Part shown: positions 52,679-64,000 of the stretch, piece after piece
How positions within the stretch are numbered: position 1 is the stretch's first letter
Layout of the letters: each line of letters starts with the position of its first letter
DNA from: Harriotta raleighana
Lineage: Eukaryota
Assembly: GCA_050575255.1 (NCBI GenBank)
Contig: JBNZDD010013687.1
Location: forward strand, 4,760,082-4,824,081
Direction of reading: 5' to 3'
DNA: 64,000 nt
Translations under genes and position numbers: made by a program
The notes under the pieces: generated by a model
The model's database searches: none
What the model was told of the DNA's origin: nothing
What the model saw: the letters and a program-made list of their open reading frames with translations, nothing else

Positions 52679-55459
52679 TGAATGTACAAAATTAAGGGTT
52701 TAATATATCCTTCTTATTATTAAATAATCGAGTACCTATATTTGAAGTGGTTTCACTTCCAAACGCTACGTTTCGTAAAGATGGTTTGGCAGCCAATCCA
52801 CTCAAAAATCATTGTAGAATGGATTGTATCTATCGCTGATTATACCTTTTAACACATTTGCTGTCCAGAGCTTACATCAACTGTCCAGTATTAAATCCGT
52901 CAAGTCACCATTGAGGTTCACTTCCAGTCTGGCCTTACTGTTTAAACAAAGTATGCTTTAATTTTAAAATTGTAATACGACGCCAGGATTTTTCATTCGG
53001 CGTGAAAAATCTGAATTGCTTTCACGCCTCACAAACACTGCACTAATATTGCACTAACACTGGCACTCACTGAATAATGTTTACTTGTCAAATGATTAAA
53101 TCCAACCCTGCAGACTGGTGTGTTTATAGTTTAGTAAAGGAACAATAAGTTAATGAGTAAATGTGCAGTCACCCGATTTCCATGTTTTTTTTGATGGACT
53201 CGTTGTAGGTTCCAGCTTACAACTTCTTCCTAAAGTTATTAGCCCAAATAAGTTCCCCCCCCACCCCACCCCTCGCCAGAACAGCGAGTGCTAATGCGAG
53301 CAATTTTCTGTAGTTCAAAATCTGTAGCCTCGGGGCAGCCGGACACGTGCCTTTGTTTATTCAGACCTTCTCTGTGTCTCTTTGATGTTATCTTTCTGAA
53401 AGGAGCGGATTACACGCGCATTTTGCGGGCATTGTTTCCCCCAACATTGCGGGGATGGGTGAACTAGAGAATTTGTACACTTTGTGAAAACAACACTGTC
53501 AAATGTTTGAGTTGAGACTTAAGGAAAGTCTGACTTCCACGCTTGGATAAATATTTGTGGGAGTTAATAAGAGTATTTACTTGGGTGGGGAGGGAGGTGG
53601 GGTGAGTTTGCCCCATTGTCTGGCTGTTTGTTCAGTAATCTGCCATCTCCACCAGAGCTCATTTCCATACAGCTGTAAGGTTTTGCCTGCAACCGACACC
53701 AGACACACCAAGATTATTTGTCTAACGCTCTCCCTCTCTCTCTCTTTCTCTATTACCGCTCCTTCTTTCAGAAGTAAGAAATCTCTTAAAGAGCACTTTT
53801 CAAACGAAATCAGATTACAGGCTTATATTTTATTGCGGGAAAAATGATAAAACCAATATAGTAGGATTATGATTTGTCTGATCCTACAACTTTAATCTAA
53901 TGCCCTGTGTGTGTGTGTGTGTGTGGGGGAGGGGGGGGCGGGGTGTGGGTGGATAGGCTGATTTGATTCTTTGGACTGATCTTGAAATATCTCACCTACA
54001 TCTGCAGCAAAACTTCGGGGACTCAATGCTGTGAAGATGAACAAACACACTTCAGTAAAGTGATTGAATTTGACTATATTTAAAGCGTGTTATAGTTTTG
54101 CAACTGATTTAAAAACAGTGTGCAATTTATCAACGCGATAAGTGCTGCCGTATATTTATTTACATACACAATAGTTCATTGGAATTGTTGTTGAATGATT
54201 TGGGATTCGTTTGGAATTAATTTGGAATTTCTTGAACCCTCCCAGTTTAACACAGAGTTGGTGCTTCCATACCTGCAGACTTCCAGTGTGGCACTCAAGA
54301 TAGAGAGATGCGCTACAGATGTCTTGCTTAAGATTGTATAATTCTGCTCCTTGTGGTTGTTCTGATAGTAAAGAGTCTGATCAGAACATAATATCCAACA
54401 GGGCACCAGTAAATAATGAGTATTCATCAGAGCCACTGATCTCTCTCTAGTGTTAGTGTCTAGAATGATCAGAGGTAGCATAGGATCCAATATGGCTTCG
54501 GTCAATGTACGTTATTTCACAGCTAAAAAAAAATCATTCTACAACCTCAATGTAGATAAATGGTAGGACGCACTAGCTACATAATGAGTAAAAAAGACTT
54601 GTCAGGTTTACTGAATCGGATGCAGGTGTAAAGGGCAACATATGCAGTTATTCATAATATAATGGAAAGTGCTGCTTTTCCACACAGCTTCTGAGTAAGC
54701 AGTCAGGGGGAGATTAGGTGAAATTGTTTGGCATTACGAATCACTCTGCACATAGTCTGTTTTTTCACCCACGCCATACAGAAAATAAGCGCTGGCTTTC
54801 TTAGAGTAATTATCTGAACTTCACCAACCTTTTCAATGGTTTCACGCAGGGCGGATTAGCACAATATAGGTTACCATGTGTTATTTCAGTCAGTTCGTTA
54901 AATTGGATTGCAACGAATAGCAAGTACTACAGTAAATTAAATGAATGCAAAACAAAAGCCTGAGCAGAGAGGTGCATAATACCGTTCTTTTTTTAGAAAA
55001 AAATATTTTAAGCAGCATCACATCAATTTGAGAAATATGGCAGATGTCTTTCCTTGTTTATTATTTACATTTTGTTTACTCGCAGTTTTCGTGTAACCCG
55101 AAGCTCACTCACTGGCTGGCAGACTGGAGTCATTCGACACCATCTGGTAACAAGACATGTTTATGCTGTGATGTCCCTGACGCTTCAATAATGACGGGGA
55201 AACCCGCATGTGCCTATACTGTACTGTACAATCTCTCCCCCCACACACCCACACACACACATCCACACTCCCAGCAACAACTCGAGTATCCAATTGTTAG
55301 AGATCAAGATATCTCTTTATTTTAGTTTGGAAATAAGGTTACAGCCAGCCTCTATTCCTTAAAATAAAAAGCAGATTCTTTAGTTGAGCTTCCCAAATAT
55401 GGGACGGACTTGGTCAAAGTATACAGTTAACTACGATTACAACTCTAGTAATATAATTC

Positions 55460-55900
55460 AGCGGTTATAATACCCGGTTAGAACTCGTGGCAGGGCTTTA
55501 CCCTGTCTCCTTTCTCGTCTCAGGTCCTCTGTTGTCTTTTCGTTACACCGTTTCACACGGTTCTTCCATCCAATCTTCTGTTGTATCAGCACACTCTTCT
55601 TTCTCAAGCGTGCCTTCTTAAGGTTACTGGCACAGGCTCTTCTCCAATCCGTTGTCTGCACAAGAGGAGTTCACGTGCCAAGAATAGAATGTTTTTACAC
55701 CTTTCCCCTAGACATAACCTTACATCCAACAACCAGTACTTCATGTACAAGGTCTCTTATCTCTCCCTTATCCCAGAGAACTTTCCTTGCAGTTTTTCCT
55801 CTCGAATAACAAGTCTCAACCTTACTCGGATAGAGGTCATTCTTGCGGTAACATTTTCACGCTGCTCTTTCACCCTCATAACACAACACAATGTCTGTCT
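55460..55900 (-). mobile_element. Possible RTE-clade LINE 3' remnant
   Basis: Decayed motifs RLVIREEKLQGK..YWLLDVR..DWRRAC loosely resemble the RTE ORF C-terminus. Confidence 0.3.
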
Positions 55901-56149
55901 AGTGCAAAGAAACAAATTAGGAGTTTAATTTCAAATGTCTTCTCACACCTTTGGAAACATTACCAATATATATTGTAGCGCTTAATTAACCGACTGCATT
56001 AGAACTTAATGCTTAATGTCTGTTTCTTCTTGTCTGTCATTCGTAATATTAAAACATAATAGTGCATAATAATTAATGCATGGTATAACATTTGATGGAC
56101 TCTAGTGACTGTGTATTTTGTAGATGGTTTTATATATGGCAGCCAATTT

Positions 56150-56450
56150 GCAATATCCCACAAACAACCATGAAGTGGATGATCATTTTTTAGCTGGGTG
56201 ATATTGGCCAGGACACTCGAACAAACATACTTCTCTTTTTCAATAGTGCCATGGGATCTTTACCATCCACCCGAACAGGAAAACTTGGCTTTAGTGTCTC
56301 ATCTGAAGGACAAAACACCTGACAATGCAATGCTCTCACAGCACTCCACTCTCACAGAGTGCCAGCCTAGAACTGAGCTCAAAGTCTCGAATTAAGTTTA
56401 GAATCTGCAACCTTTATCCAGAAGCAAGAATTGCTACCAAATGAGTTAGG
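56150..56450 (-). mobile_element. Deu-domain SINE (SacSINE1/AmnSINE1-related)
   Basis: Reverse complement contains aaagatcccatggcactatt and gtgtcctggccaatat, characteristic of the Deu core, plus ctaggctggcactc. Confidence 0.78.
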
Positions 56451-56869
56451 TGAACACAAATTTCCATTGGAATAAAATACATCAGCTCAGAAAGTACAGG
56501 TCACTCACCCAGTTTGCTGAACACTTGACCCAGTTTAACAACAATTTACTCCCATATATTGGCACATTTGAGAAATTGTCTTCCATTGTGCAGATATTTG
56601 TTAACTATCCAGTGACTTTCATCGAGATCAAATACTTTTATTCCTAGGTGACAAGAAGTTTGAAAGAAGATACTTCAGTCCATTTAATCTCATTCTTTCA
56701 AAATGCTTGTCCATCTGTCTTCCGTTACAGCACTAAGATTTTTTTTTAAACTGAATTAAGTATTTGGCCTCTGTTACACTTCCTGGTAATCTGTCCATCT
56801 GTTAATTGTTTTACGTAATAAGTAAAATAATAATAAAAATCCTTACATTTCTTATAGCACTTGTCACTC

Positions 56870-57027
56870 AGCTCCCCTCTTGACTCTCTACTCCCTCCTC
56901 GCTTCCACCCTCCCCCCCCTTGCCTTGAACATTTCCCCCTGCTCGGGTCTTAAACCAACTGTCCAGCACCTTGGGACGTCCTCCTGATGTGAAACGCGCT
57001 CTATAAATGCAATTTTGTTGTTGTTGT
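56870..57027 (+). mobile_element. LINE2 3' UTR and tail
   Basis: cagcaccttgggacgtcctcctgatgtgaaacgcgctctataaatgcaattttgttgttgttg. Confidence 0.8.
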
Positions 57028-57029
57028 CT

Positions 57030-57248
57030 TCTAGATGTCTTAGTGTTCCAAGCGATTTAGTAAAGTGTATTCACTATATATTTGTGAGCGAAACACTGCA
57101 CCCAATTGAAGTAACCAATTTTATTTTTCGTGAGGGAGTATTATCAGGTGTGTGGAGTAAGGAAACTTGCCTAAGGTTCTGCCCTGCCAGATATCAAACC
57201 CAGGTCGCTTGTGAGGCGACTGCTCTAACTACTGAGCTACAGGACTCC
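57030..57248 (-). mobile_element. tRNA-derived SINE, internally deleted
   Basis: Ends ctaactactgagctacaggactcc, the reverse complement of the SINE head. Confidence 0.82.
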
Positions 57249-57344
57249 ACAAGTTTGTGAGTTGCCGAGACATCTCACAAGCATTATTACCTCTGAGCTC
57301 CAAGACTTTGTCTGGCATTTTTTAAGTGCAAGTTGTTGTTGTTT

Positions 57345-57750
57345 TCACCTTCAAAGTCCTCCATGGCCTTGCTCTCCCCACCTACTACTTCTGCGATCTC
57401 CTAACCCTCTACCAGCCTGTCCACTCCTTCCAGGCAGTGGACTCCAGCCTGATTCGTGTCCCTCACCTCGCTTGCCCCATCATTAGTGGACAAGCCATCA
57501 GCTACTCTGCCCCAACCCTCTGGAACTCCATCCCACAATCCCTCCATCTCTCGCCCCAACCCTTGCTTCTTTCAAGACCTGCCTCAAGACCCTCCTCTTC
57601 GTCCATGCATCTGATCAACCTCCTTGCCCCCTGGCTTCCACCCTCCCCAATCCTGACCAACAGCTCAGGTCCAAAATACTGTATATTCAGCATCTTGGGA
57701 TGTCCTCCAATGTGAAAGATGCTATAAAATGTAATTTTGACGTTATTGTG
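57345..57750 (+). mobile_element. 5'-truncated LINE2 3' end
   Basis: FKVLHGLA..DLLTLYQP..DSSLIRVP..GQAISYSAPTLWNSIPQSL followed by the tail; paralogous to 17395-17842. Confidence 0.87.
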
Positions 57751-58490
57751 ATGTAAATTCAAGAAACGTTGTGTAATTTGGCAGTTAAATTGTTTCTGAA
57801 CATCCCTGACATGTAGCAGGATAAAGGCCATTTAGTATTGCATTTGCTCTCTCGAAAAGTGTAAATGAAGGTACTTGCTCGTGAGTGTTCAAATTTATTC
57901 ATGGAAGAGTGGGTAGATGGGGAGTCCTGATAATCCATGCCAACAGGCCGTTCCACCATAGGGTTTCATTGCTTGCTTCCCACACTTTCATTGTACAGGA
58001 GGGCTCATTTGAATAACAGTTGGGATGGGAAGACTGGCATCTTAGTGGAACATCAAATATATTCCCAAAGAAAATATTCAGTGATGTGCCCATTTCCAAG
58101 CTCCTATTAATATGTCTCAGAATCCTGTTATTCACTTATATTGGCACATATAAGAAAGTGTCTTCCATTGTGCAGATATTCATTAACTATCTAGAAACTC
58201 TCATCCAGATCAAGGCCTTGTTCTCATCCTTGTCCTCCAATACCTTTCCCACCCTCCATCTCTAACCCCTATCAACCTGTCCACTCCTTCCACTTAGCAG
58301 ATTCAGGCTTGCTCTAGATCTCCTACCTGACCTTTGGGAGAACCCTGACTGTTCAGCGCCTTCAGACGTCCTCCCAACGTGAAAGATGCTTTACAAATAT
58401 AATTTGTGGTTGTTGTTGTACCAGTAGGATCTGTTTTGTGTTCCCACACAAGACATGGTGTGAATTGTCTGAGTAAGATTTTCTATTTAT

Positions 58491-58784
58491 AATAATAATC
58501 CTTGCATTTGTTATAGAGTTTTTCATGTCTTCCAGATGTCTCAAAGCGCTTCACAGAATACACTGTAAAATGAATTGACTGTATATTTGTGGATGAAACG
58601 TGGCAGCAATTGCACACAACAGTGTCCCACAAACAGTCTTGGATTGAAATGACCATTTTTTTAGGAGGATTATGATTAGATGTGTGGATTGAGGAAATTT
58701 GCCCAGGGTTTCACCCTGCCTGGAATCAAACTTGGGTCTCTCACTTGCAAGGCAAGTGCTCTATCCACTGAGCTACAGGACTCC
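58491..58784 (-). mobile_element. Full-length tRNA-derived SINE
   Basis: Reverse complement of the 46859 copy, from the (ATT)n tail to the ggagtcctgtagctcagtgg head. Confidence 0.9.
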
Positions 58785-60997
58785 ATTTCATATCAATTTA
58801 TGCAAAACCCAGACACAAATATTTGTTGAAATCCATCCCACTCTGTATGGGTCTGTGATAACAAGTTATTGTTGAACTGAGTCAAGTGTTTAACAGCATG
58901 TGAGTGAGTGACCTGCATGTTCTATAATTTTTATTCATTTCCTGTTGCTTGTTCAGCTCTGATAGGCCAGAACATGCAGGTCACTCATGTGCTGTTACCA
59001 CTGTAGCTGAGGTTAACAACATATTCCCACAAACCCATACAGAATGGGACAGACATCCTTTCCATATATCAGACCTTGCTAACCTTACAAAGGTTATATA
59101 TCCCAATCCCCAGCCTATCTCTCCATGCCCTGCTGATGAGCCACACAACTGATGGCTATCATTAGCAGTGCCATGATGTACTGTTGGTGTGTTGTACTGT
59201 TGCTCAGGAAAGGGACCCCCAGGACTGTCACTGAGGGTTGATTCAATTCCGACCTTCAAAGCGTTGGTTGACAAATCCTTAAATACACCCTTTGAAGTTG
59301 GTTTGCTGTAGTTCTTTTTTTAAAAAAAAACAACAACACCCTTTTGTAAGTGTTATGTTTAACTAAGTTAAGAGTTGCTAAATTCTGGTCGCTCTGACAT
59401 ACTGTACTAGATAAATAAAATCAATTTAGACCAGGGTGGGATTTCTCCCAGTTGACCTCGTAAGCGCCTTGGGAAGTCCTTCCGACGTGAAAGGTGCCAT
59501 ACAAATGTAACTTTGTTGTTGCTGTTGTTGTAATATTAGATTCCTTTGTTTGGTGGTTTGAGAAGCCGGTGTGTATTTTTTACACACTCCAATAATTCAG
59601 AGTGAAACATGAACTCAGCTCTCATGGAATTGGACTATCGGTTTCCACCTTATCAGCTCACTGAATGTAAATAATTTTGAGCTGGGGAGACACCGATCTC
59701 TGAAGTTTAGATTACACAGCCCATTTGAAAGAAGGTCTCTTGGTCTTTCATTTCACTGGAGAACTGTTTTCATTACGTCATTGGTTTCTTTACTTTGGGC
59801 TGTTGTAGCTATTGATTTTGCAGCCAAAGTGCATGGAGCAACTGTTCCATTGAAATTCAAAGTAAAACAAAAATTTGAAAGAACCCACGCTGCCGTTTTA
59901 ATCTTTTTTGGCCGTTACTCTTTGGTTGATTCCAGTGACATTAATCAAAACAGAGTCTGGGTTCCTCTTTGTGAATATAATGCGTGTAATTAAACTCTTA
60001 TTCGTATTACAAATTGATTTAATTTAATCACTGTTTTTTTCTTCCAAATCGTCATTCCTACAGCTTCTACATGAATCGGATCATGGTTGAATTCTCACAG
60101 ATCTGCTGTATTGTTGGCTTTGCATTTTTCTTTTTATAAAGGTCGACTTTGAGATAAAAGGTTCCACTATCAGCCTGACACAGACAGACAGACATTCATT
60201 AGGGGCCCATTATAACTCACGCTTGCCTGGTTTCTACTTTCAGCGATAAAGCATCTGTATCCTTGCACCATCTTGTCCCAAATTTGCACAAGTGTATTCA
60301 GAGAATATTCCACAGAGGCTACACGTAAAGCGTTTTTTTTGTTCAGATGCAGGGATGTTGGAATGACGCTGCAGAATGATCGTGAAGCTTGACAGCGTCT
60401 TCTCACCAAAATCGTGGGAATGTTTCCCTGCTTTTTCCCAAGTGTACAGCCTGGAGGCTGTTTATTATGTGAGGAGCGGACTGTGTAAGGTTTCACAGTA
60501 GCGGCAGCAGTAGGAATGGGGGAGGCTGATGAGCCGTTGGTTGCTGGTAACCAGTGAGAAAGGCCAGCCAGCTGGGCTCTACCTCGCTAAGGGAAACTGC
60601 AATCAAAGAGATAAGAGTTGACACGCAATTCCATCTGGGCTCTTACCTCGTCCTTTTTTTGATATAATTAAAAAAAGTTAAAATACCAAAAGATTATCCT
60701 GAAAAATAATCTAAATACCACAGCATATTTACTGGCTATCAACATTTCTACATTTCATTTCACCTTAGTGCCGTCAGCAAGAATATCAAAATAAACCTCG
60801 TTGAGCTTTCGAGAGACAAACAAAACGAAAAAAATAATAATCCAATTTATTTGGCATTTTGCAGTATTGTGTTGCTGAAAATCCTATTATTGTGGGTGAT
60901 GTTCTGGCCTTGATAATGCAAGGTGTTGACTTTCTTGAGCACTTGGTTTGATACCTGTAACAAATTGTAGACTTCAATACTAGGTTGAAAAGCATTC

Positions 60998-61023
60998 TAC
61001 ACACACACACACACACACACACT
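60998..61023. repeat. (CA)n microsatellite
   Basis: Directly visible. Confidence 0.95.
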
Positions 61024-62479
61024 CTATCGCTACTACTTCATAGCTTCCATATTGCCATCTGCTGCGCTTGTGAAGCTCTCCGTTAGATTGTTGTCTTAAT
61101 TACATTTCAGTTACTATTTATACAGCAGATATTGTATTCACAATAACTTTCCATCTGCTTGTCAGAATATAACAACTTGTGTGCGTTTGTGGGGAGGTAA
61201 AGAAACATGAGGAATCTGAAATATCTCGTTGTGATTTCAATTTGTTTCATTCCCATTCCCCAACTATTTTTTTTCCGATGCATTTAACGTTTCCCTGAAT
61301 ATAACACTTTTTATCATGTTCATTAAAATCAACCGAGGTAGCCAGGCGCCTCGGGAGGTGATGCGCGTTTCTAACTGTGTCAGGGAATCAATAATGGATG
61401 GAGACCGAGGTCAGTTTCAGACTACACGCAAGCTGTGAGCCCTCGCTATTTGCTTTAAACTGTAAATATGCTCCACATAGTCACATTACGCTGATGCCAG
61501 TGCATATGCATCGCTGAGATGTGTCAGATCTCCAAAGTCTTGGTGGATCATGTGTCTGATGTCCAAGTCTTGCTATGAAATGAGGTGATAGATATCTCGC
61601 TTCCGACCCATCTCCCAAACAACCTGTTCCAGGCTTTCTTTAACGCGAAGGCAGCAGCTGCAATGCAAGCGTAACACAGAGGAGGCCTATGGTTTCTATG
61701 CTTTTATATATGGCATTTATTCACCTGAATCTAGTGGCTTTCCTTTTACATCAACTTTTCTGCTGGAGAAATTTGCGACTGGGACTCATCAGTCTTACTA
61801 TATTTACCGAAGGCCTTCAGTTTTAGTCTCTTGACAATCCAAATAAATATCTCTGTACTTTGAAATACAGGCACAGTTCAGAGATCATACATTTTGAGAT
61901 CAGATTATATCCCTCCTAAAATCTATGTTTCAATTGCTCTGCCTAATTTCAAAGTTCAACAACAACAAAATTACATTTATAGAGCAATTTTCACGCCGGG
62001 AAGACACTGATAGCAGATCGGCGGTGCTCCTTTGGGAGAAATTATGTCCCTGTGTTTTTTATGCATACCTGTATATACATAACATGGTTATCCGGTGTGA
62101 AAGGCGTTAGGCTAATGTGATTTGGTTGTTGTACATTTATGTTTCCTATCATCATTTCGCCTGCAGAATACAATGTAAATGAATATTACCATATATTCTT
62201 TGAGACGTCTCAACGACGTGATAAGGTCCTTAAATGCGAGGATTTCTTAGTTTTCCTCTTATTACAATGCATTACAATATTTGTACATATCCAGTTACAT
62301 GTGATTCTGAATTCCTAGAAATAGTATTCACATTGAAAGATTGGAAGTATGTATGTTTGGGTTGGGATGTGGTGGGGTGGGTGTGTGGGGGGGCGAGTGT
62401 GTGGAGGGGTGTCCAATCCATTTATTCTTCAGATATTATTATGCAAGTATGTAAGTTGTGATCTTGTGTAAGTACAGCA

Positions 62480-63260
62480 TGTGGATAGATTTCTCACACA
62501 GGGCAGCTGCTGCTCAGTGCTGGAAGCTCCCACTCACTGTTCATTCTCCTGCTGTGGAGCCATGACGAACTCCTCTCATCTCTGACCACACGATGCACTT
62601 GTCTCGCGGACAACCCGTTGTTCTGAATGAGCACTTTTCACGTTTGTTTTCTGCCAATTACGCTTCCTGAAATAAAAACAAAAGAAGAGCAAAATGAAAT
62701 GGCTCGCTAAGGGGAACGCCTCGACTGATGTCTTGTTTAATTGGTTTCTTTCTATTCAGGGGTTATTTGGTCGGTGTGGCTTGATATCTATGTTGTGTGT
62801 GTCACCAGAATGAAACCGAGCTATGCTCGGCTCTGTACAAGCCATGTGCGAGCACTTTAGGGATTAAAACCCCTTTCTTCGCTTTGTGTGCAGTGACAGG
62901 CCTTTCTCCATAGGTGCCAATTATAAGATTATTATCAGCTCTTCAATGTTAGCAGAGTCACGCAGAAGGCTGAGCTGACAAATTACTCCTTAGATAGCGC
63001 TGTACAAAGACAAGACAGACAATACATCATCATTTACCGTACCCAAGGCTTATTAATTACATATTAATGGGAGCAGCGCCGTGTGCATTGGAATTGCCAG
63101 CAACAAGGGTGTACGTTTCCTTATCAAAACCCGACATCTGTGCAGTGGTACTCTTCCAGTAATCTGTTTTCATCATCTAATAAGAACTATTGACAATTAA
63201 CAGTGTCACAGTAAACACACGGGGTTACCGAGGAAACTTGCCTTTGTTAAAAACCAAACG
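62480..63260. promoter_or_regulatory. Candidate distal enhancer or conserved non-coding element upstream of INSM2
   Basis: Repeat-free and CpG-retaining; dense TGACA, TAAT/ATTA, ACAAAG/ACAAT, GTAAACA and E-box motifs. Confidence 0.4.
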
Positions 63261-64000
63261 TTCAAAATATTGCCCCCAACCCACCAATCCCCTTTCCCTT
63301 ACAGCAATACCGAGTAATAAACGGGATGCCTCTTTTTGTTTTGTATTTTAGGGACAGTGGCCAGTTGTTTATCACAGGCGACTTGTCAAAAAAAAATCAA
63401 AAAGATTTTATTGTGAATCAGAAACTGTGTACAGATCCAGGCATAATGGCGTGAACCTCATTCAAGATTGCCGCCCCCTGAATACCGCTCACCCGCACTC
63501 CACAATATTAATTAACCTAATAGCTATAGCAAGAAAGACACGAACTAGTCCATTTTCAACTCTGTTGTTCCCAGTTAAAGGGCATGAAACTAAGCTGGTG
63601 TATAAAATGTTCATTTTCCCTCAAGACTGTCCACGTAGTTATGTCACTGTTAATTTCTTGGGGATTAAATTATCCTGAACTGTCTAATGTAACGCTCTTG
63701 TGACTTCTTGCAGTCATACATGTTCCCGAACATCAACGCTTCTGATGGCAGGCACTTCTATTATTTATGTGCAAGACCTCCCACCACTCTTCAATATTAC
63801 TCTGGCCCCAAGTGTCTTACAAGCCACTCTTTATCTTTGTTTAGACTCTGCCTGTACAGAACTGCTGATGTGGAATTGCTTTCATTATTGTGGTGGTGTG
63901 TTTTATCAGCCTTGTTCTCCCCCCCTCCCCTCCCACCCACATTCATCAGTGTTAACACTTGTTCTTCCCTTTCAGTGTGAACAACTGCTGCTTGCCTTCA

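Noticed and set aside
54176-54505. 109-aa minus-strand ORF upstream of INSM2
   Set aside because: No splice context or known domain; at best a faint LINE C-terminal remnant.

Overview
This is eukaryotic, AT-rich vertebrate DNA. The SINE/LINE2/Deu-SINE repertoire and compact introns suggest a cartilaginous fish, possibly a chimaera (inference). The + strand carries the 3' part of RALGAPA1 (Ral GAP alpha-1). I traced 23 frame-consistent coding exons from 1793 to 36263 plus two alternative C-terminal exons (37432-37462, 43872-44020); the 5' exons lie outside the window. Convergent with it, on the - strand, is the intronless SNAG/zinc-finger gene INSM2 (ATG 51206, stop 49620), followed by about 13 kb of upstream non-coding DNA with repeat-free, enhancer-like blocks. 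The most notable observations: (1) a GC-rich intronic insertion holding a decayed, divergent histone H2B-like sequence that ends in a LINE2-type 3' tail; (2) a frameshifted, stop-containing cassette exon at 901-1034; (3) an 8.6-kb U12-type intron; (4) an exon junction that regenerates its own 5' splice site; (5) alternative donors adding 470 aa; (6) a 31-nt stop exon that switches the C-terminus; (7) a truncated U2 snRNA copy, a DIRS retroelement fossil, Tigger-like MITEs and many tail-only LINE2 insertions. No prokaryote-type system (CRISPR etc.) is present. Homology calls rest on remembered sequences, not on searches, and repeat boundaries are approximate.
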